A stretch of 64,000 bases of DNA from Botryllus schlosseri (taxonomy: Eukaryota): positions 25,794,001 to 25,858,000 of the forward strand of contig CM119371.1 of NCBI GenBank assembly GCA_051294905.1. The letters are read 5' to 3'. The position numbers were made by a program, and so were the translations under genes. Numbering within the stretch: position 1 is the first letter of the stretch; each line of letters starts with the position of its first letter. The notes below the pieces were generated by a model, which saw nothing but the letters and a program-made list of their open reading frames with translations, was not told where the DNA came from and made no database searches. Below, piece after piece: positions 42,401-54,400 of this stretch.

Positions 42401-45400
42401 AGATTTTCTGTACGTAGGCATGTTTCATTTGTTTCATGATTAGTATGCTTGATTATTTTGCTTGATTTGGCTATTGTATCATCGGTCCCCACCCTACGAA
42501 TTTTATACATGAATCGAAAAAAATACCACTCAAGGAAAGTACTGAAAAAAATAATAGGTGCCATTATATAGCCTGATACAAGCCCTGCACTTCACAATAA
42601 AAATAATTGCAGGTTTGTTCGTGTTGTAGGTTACAAAGAAAAATGTATATGTCGATATAAATTTACTTTACACCCCCCAAAACAAAAAAAAACATCTGTG
42701 AGAGACCCCATAGCTCGCGCACGTCGAATTTTTTTGTATGTGAGGAAAGATTTCGCCAGCAACCAATTGTGGACAAGTTCACGGAGTGTAATCATGGAAT
42801 TATCATAGAGAATTTTCAAAGCATTTTCGGTCACAGTGATCAGTCGGTACCACATCTCCTCTACTTCTTTCATGAACAACCTAAATTTAGAAGTAGAATT
42901 GACTGACTTTAAAAGTACTCAAGTAAGTAAGTAGTTGTGAAAACGATCCTGATTGGATGGATTATAAAAAAAGTACAAATTGAGCTATGTGATAGGTGAC
43001 GAGCTTGATTCATATTGATGCATACCAGCAGGTATCCAAATGATAGTATTGATAAGGAAATGCGATACTAATCTTCTGTTTACTCGAACAACGCGTCATG
43101 GAAAATAGCATGGTATGGCGCCACCCCCTATAAGGCCCGTAGTTTAATCGAAGAGCAATATGGAGAAGTTGTATAGGATACGGTGTAAACACTTTGCGCG
43201 ATTAGTAAACGTTAATAAAAAATATGTTGGACCGTAAAATTGCCATATTGTGTAGCTTTAATTCCAGAAATTAAAGGCATTACTGCACTTGCTTTTATAC
43301 TTCAACATGTATGTTATTCCGACAAAAGAACTGATATTAATTATAACTCAAAGTATATAATATTGGGAATTGAAAGTGAAATATAAATACTACTTCTAAA
43401 AGCAGAATATGTATTTCATGTTTTTAGTCCAGAAAGTTTCAAAGGTGGTATGCTAAAACAGCTCTAAAACTAAAAAAAAGTCAAAGTCCACTCTTCCAGA
43501 TTAGGACATGCCATGGACATATATATGCTAGATTACGATATGACAAAAAAATGCTAGATTGCGAAACATCAGTTTCAAACGTTATAATGAGCCATATATA
43601 CTGTGATGAATTATTTCATATGGGCGAAGGGCGACAATGAGTTATGAACGGAACCACGCCAACCCGCCACCTAAATTATATTCACAGATACTTTCGTGAA
43701 ATCATACTGGTTACTCCGTATCCACTGCGTGCGAAGCGCGACGAAAATTCTGTGCTTTTCTAAACTTTTATGAAAATTAAATGTTAATACTGCGTGAAAA
43801 CAGTTCCGAAATTCCTCAGGCTATCTTCCTGATTGGAAGATTGAACTACTTCTGCTTGACAAACTGAAAACAGCGAAAAGTAAGTAAGTAGATCACAAAA
43901 TATTAAGAAGTAGAAGTAGAAGTAGCGAAAATCAGATCTACTTGAGTAAGTACCAGAAGTAGAAGAAAAATACTTGAGTACTTCGAAAAAGTAGAAGTAC
44001 TTCGTTACTGACCACCTTTGTTTTATATAGCGCAACTACCAACAAGTAAGCATATGTTTTATGGTGCAGACCACTGGATAAACACCACTGCTCACGAGTA
44101 CTCGTGCTACAACTATGAACTCAAAATTTCATATTAAGATATGCCATTGTGACAAAACAAAATTTTGGAGTTTATTACCCCACTACCCGATTTTCTTATG
44201 AGTAGGGCTGGCCACAATGATCGAGTACTCGAATCAGAATCGAGTACTAGTTCCAATGATTCGGGTCGAGTAGTAAAAAACGATTTTTCCGAGTACTGAA
44301 ATTATACACTTCTCGCCACTGAAAGTTAATTTACTAACGAGAATTATAGTTTCAATACTATTTTCCATTCTGGAAGCCTTGAAACTTTGATTGGCCGTAT
44401 CGCAGCATACGGAACATAGTCCAAAACTACTACCATTACTGGAAATGTCATATTCCGAAGCCATGATCATCCCACAACATTGTCAGAAAGTACAATGAAA
44501 ACCCTATGGTCGAGAAAATACCAAAGTGTCTTCAATGCAATGAATAACTGGCATTATATTCATTGCAGTAGCATAAAAGGTACATATTTGATATGTGACA
44601 TATTACATTATGTTATGACTTAATAATGATTGATACTCGAATACTCGACTCGACTCGAAGCATAATACGTCATTCAGAATCGAATCACTCAGATACTCGA
44701 TTCTGCCCAGCCCCAGTTAGGCGATGTCACTGCTGTAAGCTAAATTAATATCGATTTAGCGACTCGAGCAAAGTCAGGTAAAAATTGTTGGTACATATAA
44801 TTAGGGCTGGGCAAATTTGAGTACCTGAGTGATTCGATTCTGAATCACGTATTTTGCTTCGAGTCGAGTCGAGTATTCGAGTATCACTCATTATGACGTC
44901 ATAACAAAATTCATTTTGCCAAAGTTCAAATATGTACCTTTTATGCGATCAAGAGCAATATAATGCCTGTTATCCATCACACTGAAAATACTTAGGTATT
45001 TTTCGACCATACCGATTCCATCACACTTTGTGATTTTGATGTAGGACGATCATGACTTCGGAAATGTGTTGTTTCTAGCAACGTTCTTCGCTTTCAATTT
45101 TTATTTTGTACGCTGCGATACGGCCAAATAAGATTTTAAGGCTACCACAGTGGAAACTAGTTTCGTAGCTTTGATTCTCGTTGATAAATTTAATTTCAGC
45201 GGCGAAGAGCGTATAATTTCAGTAGTCGTAAAATTAGTATTTCACTACTCGACTCGAATCATTGAAATTAATACTCGCTTCAGATTCGAGTACTACATAT
45301 AATGTGCTGCTACGTTGCTACAGCAACGTTGAGTACATTATTTTCTAGTAGTCTAGTATCACGAACTGTAATATTTTCATGAGCTCAACGCACTCGGAAG

Positions 45401-48400
45401 TGAGGTTGATGGATGTTACGGAGAGACGGCCAGTTCGTTTTATGAATTTCCTGATTTCCCCGTTCTCAATGGGAGTTGCCGAGTTCTTTGAAACTATTTT
45501 GAGCAAAATCTAGCAGGTCCCATTTTAACTTCACCTTTTCGTCTAACCGCGAAAGTCACACGCACGATACATGCAGTGATCGCGGACAGTGAAAAGAACC
45601 AATTTGGTAGAAGGTCATGTTCTGTCATTTCAAATGAAACTTTAATATCTTTCATATTTACCGATCCTGCACAATTTCATCCTTTCATGTTCCAGATGCA
45701 GCGGTAGAATACAAAGTGATGCACCACGTGTAGACTTCCCTCTGCATAGTGTCTGATTGCTATTGTCAAAAGTGGCATATTGTGTCTCGTCCGACCCATC
45801 GCTGTCAATAGAAATTGTGTTATGCAAGATTGATTATTAGTCGATTCGTTGGAGTAATCTCATATAGTCATGTCGTGGAATAAGGCTAGATAAACGACTT
45901 GTGCCGCTCTCATCAGACTTCAAACAGGATATGATCATGGACTCTGTGGCATTGTTTATAATTAGGAAACGGTGGACGGACTTTTAGTTGAGTGCAATAG
46001 ATACTGTGTACACGAAATTCTAAAAGAGCCGCCCAGCAGGTATAAATCTTTTTGTACCAGACAACTTGTCGTCAGAGCAGGAGAAACTATAGGAGGTACT
46101 CTTTTTATGATGGTGCGAAAGGATCTTAAAATCGGAGGACCAGTTCCCTTTCTAATGAATAAACAACAACTTATCTAGAGTTTGAACTTCCTATGACTCG
46201 CTGCATTAGAGCGGTAGTAAGATCGTAAATTCAACACAAAATAAAGATAAACGACTAACATGCTGAACGTTTTAAATTAGTAGTGTTGCATCCAGGGTTG
46301 AATTTAAAACAAATATCAATGTAAAACAAACATGTTTAAAACAAAGCCATTGTTTGAAACATGTTTTTATTCTTTTTGTTGTTGTTGTTGTTGTTTATTT
46401 TCGGCCATGACGTCACGAATATTCAATTGTGGCGTCATAGTGGATTACCATTGACAATTGAAAGTATATGGTGAATATAGCTCCTTTGACGAAATATCTG
46501 TACTATTGCTGTTGAACCGACTATTTTTAGGGTGCCAACCATCTCATATCGATATGCGTCGGCTATATCTGGTAGCAATTGTCCGCAGGCTCATACAACA
46601 TGTTTTTTTGGAAAGTATTTACACAATTATGGCATAATTTTGCAACTTGAAAAAACACAATTGTTTTTTTAAAGGAGCCTTTGTTTAAAACACCGTTTGT
46701 TTAAAATGCAACCCTGGTTTCATCACATGATATCACAGATTCGTGTGACGTCTGTGTTTGCAGTTAACGTATTATTAATTTGGCGCTCAGAAAATCACAG
46801 CCATTCAGATGTCTACGCCAGCTTTGCTCGGTTAAGCATAATTGCACTCCATTGTTTTAGGTGAAAATTTATAGAATGATTGTGTAGTATTTTCAAGTAG
46901 CTGTAAGTTGAATATAATATTAAATTCTCAGAACAATCACAATTGCACTGAACGTACAGAATATTTGTTATGTCACCATCAAAAGAATGTTACAATTCAG
47001 TCCTTGGTATCGACACTTACATGAATCAAGATACGTTCCCCACTTGAGAACTGAAAATTATTGATGCAAAACGCATAGTCTATTTTCGCGAAGTTCTATT
47101 CCCTGATCCTAAATGAACTAGCTAGGAAATATATCTGATTGCAAATTTACCGCTTGCATGAGTGAACAATATAGTTTAGTAGGTCGCCAGGTATGGTTAC
47201 CTGCAATCTCTATCTCCGTCGCAAAAGTATGAAGCTGGTATACAGCCAGATCCATCGCTGCATTCGAAATCTTCTTCGGCACATTTCAATTCTAGAGAAG
47301 TATTGAATAGATAAATTAAATCGTCTATTTTTTTCTACATGTAACGGACGGCCGAAATCTTATCACTACGGACTCTTGGGATTTCGTTATAACTGTATGT
47401 AAATAGCAACTGTTTGCTTCCATACTAGCGTATGCGCTTTAAAGGAAAATTAACCGTCTGTTACTAAGCTTGTCATACTGTTCAACGAATAGTTATGGCT
47501 AATATGAGGACTCTAAATATGTGTATTTCAGTGGATTGTCAGGGTTTAAATATCTACTATCGCGTTCGATTCCTGCCTGTCGTTCTCAATTAAACTCAGC
47601 CACAGCCGAGGGTAATCGGGTGTCGAATGTTATTTAAAAATCACTTCAATTTCATTATTACGGGATACGGGAAATTAAGCCCGAACGAAGGACGTCACCC
47701 CGATGGCTGAGATCCACATGTTCGCGGTGGCGATTAGTCATGAAATTAAATTTAAATAGCCCTTAACTCTTGAAAAGAGGCACCCGAAAAGTCTTCGAGT
47801 TAATAAATATTAATATACAATGGATATTGTATTGAAATTAAATATGCACCATAAACATTTCGTGTGAACCATATCACGTAGAAGGGATTAGATGTTTGTT
47901 CATAATTACCAGCTTTGCATAACGTATTTCGGCGTTTTTGTAGCTCGGGCGGGAGGATACAAAGAACGTGTGGATATTTCGATCTTCTGCACAACCTGCC
48001 ATCGTTAGAATCATGTTCTGACGCATATCGCTCGTCGGATCCGTCTCTGACAAAAAATGCCTTAGATTATATTTCATATTCTGACGCACATGGTTGATCG
48101 CGTTGGGTCCTCGGAACGTAATGGACAATTCTTGACCACCCGGCATCAGTAAACGATATGTCTCGTGTATTAAGTTTCATCTCGCGTTAGCCCTGTCCCA
48201 AAGTTTCTGTCAAACTGATCTCTTTTCTTCAGTATCCATTAGGCCAGCGGTGGGCAATTATTTTCCTCCGCGGGTCAAATGAGAAAAATAAATACGTTGG
48301 CGGGTCGAATGAAAAGTCTTAGCTATATCCTCTAGCGTTTTTTAATTTTATTTCCAAATTACATTGGTAATAAATGCGGCTCAGTAAATGTTTTGATATT

Positions 48401-51400
48401 AGGTAATGAGAAAGTGACGGTTCATTGAAAGATATCTATTTGCTGGACAGGATTCGAAACAATGTTAAACATGATACATTTTAGCTCTCTTCCACGTTTT
48501 TCTAGTAAGACTCTTAAACAGTGGTTCTCAAACTTTTTTGGGCACGCCTCCCTTCCGGTTAGTGAACAATTTCGCGACCCCTTATCATGATATCACAAAA
48601 TATTAAAAGGGCAAGCAGAATGTTTGCAATCCCAACGGATAGTTAGATGGCATGAAAGATTATGGCTGTTAAAGAGAGAATTGTGACATATCAAAGTCGG
48701 ACAATACACAGAGCAGCAACTATAAGCTGAGGGTAAAAAATATTTGCACAACCCTTCTGATGCTTTCACGTCCCCCAGTTCGAGAACCACTGCAGTGAAA
48801 TGTTTATGCAATAGTATTCAGCTTATTTTCTTGGCTTCTGCCTTCCTGGCAGTGTGGAGCTCAAATATAGCCTTTATATTGAGCGATGCTTTTAGTTTTT
48901 CTGAACTTCGCCCTCCCTTGACCGAGTGCTTCGTGGTTTTGTTATAATACTGACTCAGGTATGCGACTATTTATTGCTCCAAATCCTAAACCTAACTGCG
49001 GAAGTCTGTAAACCTCGGTTGATCGTATCGTATCTTCTTTGAGTTTTAGTTTTCAGCTTTCTTTTTTTGACATGCCCGTTAATCATTTATGCGTGATAGA
49101 TATGATAAATAGTAATATAGATAGTAATCGCGAGCACTGGTTGACTTGTTTTACGAATTAGGGATTTGCTGACCACATTTGAACCACATACCGTATAATG
49201 CGTAATGTGACAATGGCATCAAGGTAGGTTTGAACTAAACTATATGGAAAAAGTGATTTCTTGTGACTTAAATTGCTACTCATCCTTTGCCACATTGCCT
49301 TTATTTTAAGTCTGGATTACGCATGCCAAGTATGTAGGCAGCGTAATCGTGGCATATTAATGTACAGGCTTCAAAGTAAACGAATTTCCTGTTCATTTGA
49401 TACAGCCTTTGATTTTAGTCATTCAAACAGCAAACGTTATGTTTTGAATTCCAAGCAACCTTTCGCGGGCCGCACAGAATATAGCTTCGCGGGTCGCACT
49501 TTGCCCAGGTTTGCATTAGGCTCACCATCAAATGCAACATTTTCAACGTATTATACTCAGCTATATGTTCAGAGAAAATGATCATCAGGGGGTGTCATTA
49601 ATGACTCATTTATACTTTTTGAAGTACTCAAGTAGATTTTGCGAGCTTGCACCATACTGACTTATATTGTTTCATTTCCAATTCCAGGTAACGAAAAAGC
49701 AGACGAATTAGCCCGAGTAGGCTCGTCAACGCAAGATCAATCGAGCCAAACTCCAATCATTACCGCGCCAGACGCCAAAGCCGCGATGAAGGGAGTTACC
49801 CAGGATATCTGGCAATGCGAATACTCTGCCGATGAACGGGGATCCCACTACACTGTAAAAAATAAAAACCTCGATTTACCGCGAAATGTTTGGAAGCACG
49901 GTAGCCAGACATTTCGTGGTAATTTAACATTACCGTTAGTCAATGTAAATTGAACTTACATTCGTCCGGTAATCTCACTTTACACGCCAGACTGTAATGT
50001 TACAGTCACCTCAGGTATATCCAATCTACATTTTATCCTGTATATTTGCCACTCAGACTGTAATTTTACCGCCTACCTACATGCTGTCTGTGTAAATCAG
50101 GATTACATACCAGCTTGTAAATTCACGTACATCCCATACCTATCGCAAGACAACCTGATGCTAAAATATCGCAAAAGCTTCTTCACAGCCCCAAAACGAG
50201 ATTGGAACAAACTGTATATTCATTCATGATTCACGATGAGAAGATTATCGATGGAAAAGTATTGCTGCTGGAGGTCTAATTCTTCTTTAGGAGACATGCA
50301 GTAACACGAGTGGTCTCCCACCATCGGCCAAACTTCCAATTGTTTCTCTTTCTCGTCCTCATTCCTTCTGTGTAGCTAGTATCTTGCAGCTCCACTAAAA
50401 AGAATTCATGCGTAAGTCGCTATAATAAGCAAAGTTCCTAACCTAGACATGACATTATAAAGACTACTAAGACAAAGAGGGTAACAAAAATATAACAATT
50501 TTTGAAGTACCGGTACTGATACATTGTGTGGTGACGGCTCCGCCTTTTACATGATATAGCAGAGATTCATGACCTACTTCACCATGCACTTTATTGCATG
50601 CTGTTATTTCTTGACCCCCGATCAGGATTGTCCAGCGTATCGGTAGTGGAAATATATTGAAATCGCCCAAATGTACCATAAAAAAATTCTTCCGTGAGGA
50701 GCACACGATTCTGATTCCTGGTCAGATTTAGAAGGGCGCTACTATATTAAAATCGAAAAATTAGGTTATGTTGAATTGCGTGGAGCGCGAAGAAAATTTC
50801 AAAAATAATTAAAATCTTTAAAAAAATTGAGAGTGAATTAGTAATTTCAATTTGCATGTCGACGGATGCTAACACATACTAATTGAATTAGGTGTTGGCG
50901 GCCGCACAAATTCCCATCTCCGGCAGCAGGTTGCCCATCCCTGATCTTATGTCTTACGCCATTGAATCCGTATTCCAGTCTTCAACATTTTTGACAAATT
51001 TCCCCAAACTTGTTTGAAAATAGCAAAAAAAACATTGGCCAGGACATCAATTTGTTTCAAGGTAGGTTGCACTGAGACTAACCATAATGCTGGTAGTGTC
51101 TACAGAGAACAAGGCATCGTTCTGTACTGCCATGCCCAATTTGATCAGTTTTGGAATTGAATTGAATTAAATTGTGTTGATATAGGGTAGCTTAATTGAG
51201 GGCGAAACCGAGCAACCTATATTGCATCGAAGTCTGTTTTACGCAGTGCAGTTCGCCAGCTATTAACAACAGCTTTCCAGCGCAACGAGCTTTAGGCTAC
51301 TGCCAAAGCTATGAAGTAATGAATGACTTACACGTGGGAATTCCTCTAAATCTTCAAAGAACATCACAAATTTGCTTAAATGAAGTTGAGCGCGACTGCT

Positions 51401-54400
51401 GGAGTTTGAATTTGGCGAGCTTTCTTGAATACGAAATAAGTTTCATCTTCAACAATCGTCTTCTGAAAATGGTTGTGAACACATGTTTAGTCAGAATTCA
51501 TACAGACTTTGTCAATTTCTCGCGTTCCCCAGGTTGAGAACCACTGATCTTATGTATTGAAGCAAAAGGTTCCGCATTTGAGGTGGCATGTGTACCAAAC
51601 AAATCTAGCAGTGGATGGAAACATGTCTATGCTATGGCCCAAAATGACATAAACATACCAACAGTTTCAACTACTCCGCGGCAGAGTATGTGGTGTCACA
51701 GGTCAGTATATAGGTCGACTAACATCCCAAAATAGAACAGAGAATGCGGCGAATGAAATATTTCAATCATGAAATCAAAGTCATCCCGGTGGTGTGCACA
51801 GTCGTAGATATTCAAGGTAACGAATACTATATAGTACTGTACCTTTTACGATGCGTATCCCAATCAGCATTCCTAGGAATCTTCAACGATCGTGTCCACT
51901 TTCTTCAAGCACAAGCTTCGCTCCACCCTTTGATCAAATCTCTATAATGGCCAGACGACGATACGCCACTCCAACGATTTCAAAATAAGTGGTATTCATC
52001 CGCTGACATGCCACTAATAATATTTACTGGCCACTGCGTTATAATCTTTGATTTAGGTCGTTTTTTTTTACAGAAACATTTATCATTACATGTAGTCCCT
52101 TTCTTTCCCATCTAATTGAGTATAAATTGATATTTATTCCATGTGATGTCACTACTTACCGTACTTACGTAACCAGACGCTGCTTGTGATGTCACAGTGG
52201 TGCGTTGGTTGTTTACTACGAATCTCAGAAAAATCAGTAACGGTAACCTTAAGTAAGCTATTACAGGTCGCCTTGTTCGCCATTAACAACTGGTCAACTT
52301 AGCATGCGGCGCTGATATTTCTAGTTTCCCGAACAATATTATACATCCTAAACTGATATTCCAACTCATCAGTCATATCCGTGACAACGAATGTAACCAG
52401 CGAGACCGGCCGATAGCCACAGCCTTATAATATAATATAGTGGCTATATCTACGATTGTCAGTTGTTTCTTTTACCCTACTATGTACTATACTGAAATTG
52501 GTACTAGGGCCAACAATTTCCGTATGACAGACCCCAGTCTCGCGAACGAGGTTGAATCAGGTCAAATCACCACGAGAATGATATCAGTAACATTCAGTTC
52601 CACGTATACATTGGCTGCAGAGATTCTCAAGCTAATCAATTTTGCCAATAGCCTGGTAAACTTCAGAAACGAGTAACTGTCAGTAATTCTGCGAAGAAAT
52701 TCTGGTAACTTGACTTTAGAGCTAAATTGAGGTAATATTACATATCAAAATGTAAAATGACAAGCTACGCACAGTTATTGACAGCTACCGGTAATTCGTT
52801 GCAAAATTTACGGAGATTTCCCAGTAAATCTACCAGATTTTTTACAGTGTACAAGCAATTCCACAGCACACTCACCACAGGACCCAAGAAAAACGGCAGT
52901 CGCCATATCGAACGCCTGATATTTCGACTGCGGTCGGGACATTGTGGAGTAGCTTCCCATTTATTCAGAATCGGCTGCTCGGACTCTCCGATGTGCGAAG
53001 AATGCGATGTCATCGAAACAGTCGAACACTTTTTGATATCGTGCATTAAATACGACTTTCATCGATCATTTTTAACAACCTATTGCAATCATGTACCGTT
53101 CACCATACGCAACCTACTTTCGTCATCGCAATTGTCTACCGCCGTCGCTGAGTTCGTGATAAGTTGTAATATGTTCATTTAGTTACTGCTTGATTTGAGT
53201 TTCCTAACGGCCGTGGCGCACAAGGCCATAAATGGCGAAAAGTACCACTCATGTTTGTGATAATAATAATATTAATATGTGAATAAAGAATATAATAATA
53301 ATGCACCACTGGACTAAAATTACACTTGTGAATCGCAGCATAATTTCTGTAATTTCGATTCTTCATCTTCAATCATCTCTACCTCTGCTCTGTAACCCTT
53401 GCAAATTCTTCATCTGCTGCAATTCTGTAATCTGACTTCTCTGTGTATTGCATATAGGAATAACAATTTGAATGTATTACTGAAATTTTAAAAATTTACT
53501 CCAATCTCGCCATTTTCCTTTGGGGGCAGGTTGCTCCCCGGATTATGTGTGTATCTACCAGTTTTACTGTGAATAAAGAATATATTAATATTAATAATAT
53601 TGTTTCATTTCAAGCTATTTACTTTTTACAAATTGGATTATGAACCGCAAGATAGTTTCGTGATAAGTTTGCCTCACTCTAATATGTGAAATCCCCATAA
53701 GAAATAACAGTCATACAAAATGCCGAATATATTTCATCGGCGAACTATGTCTCTCGATACCTTTACCGTACTGCATGAGCCTTGAGTCTCATTTGCTTGT
53801 ATCATATGCTTCAATGTAAAACAGGAGCACTATAATGCTGAGCAAACTAACGGCAAGAATATTTATGGGAAGAAATTATTAAACTTCGTTAATGGTCGGA
53901 CCGCTATAGAAATTACAATGTAGCCTAGTTATAGAAATCATAGTGATATAATTTATTTTCAATTGCCACTGTCTAAATACTCATTTGAATTTTGATTTAC
54001 TTTTGAAGGCCATGCAGACATTAGTATTTACTGGATCAACATCTGGATTAGAGTAGAAGTAAGAATCCTGCAAAACTATTTTTAAATTATTTTTCGTACC
54101 GAATAATCATAATTCGCTCGATTGCAATATAAGTCTAATTGGAATCGATATGTGTGCGATTTCCCCTTGCATAATTTTCCCAACTGGAATCCCCTTCTCA
54201 TATTCATAACTAAAAGATCCTAATACACACATACTTTCTGCAGTGTAGCTTAGTAGCACCGTGTTGTAGGCCTACTAATACTTTTTAAACATTAAGAAAG
54301 GTCACAGGGCCTCGTATGTACCATGAATAGTCAGGTGAACTCAATTTAAGGCTTTATGCCAGCGGTAACAAACTCTTCCCAGGTCGCAAGCCGGATTCAA

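Larger units (their letters stand above)
37353..44250. repeat. Intragenic segmental duplication, copy 2 (contains pseudo-A, B3, A3)
   Basis: Colinear direct match to 28751-36976. Confidence 0.92.
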
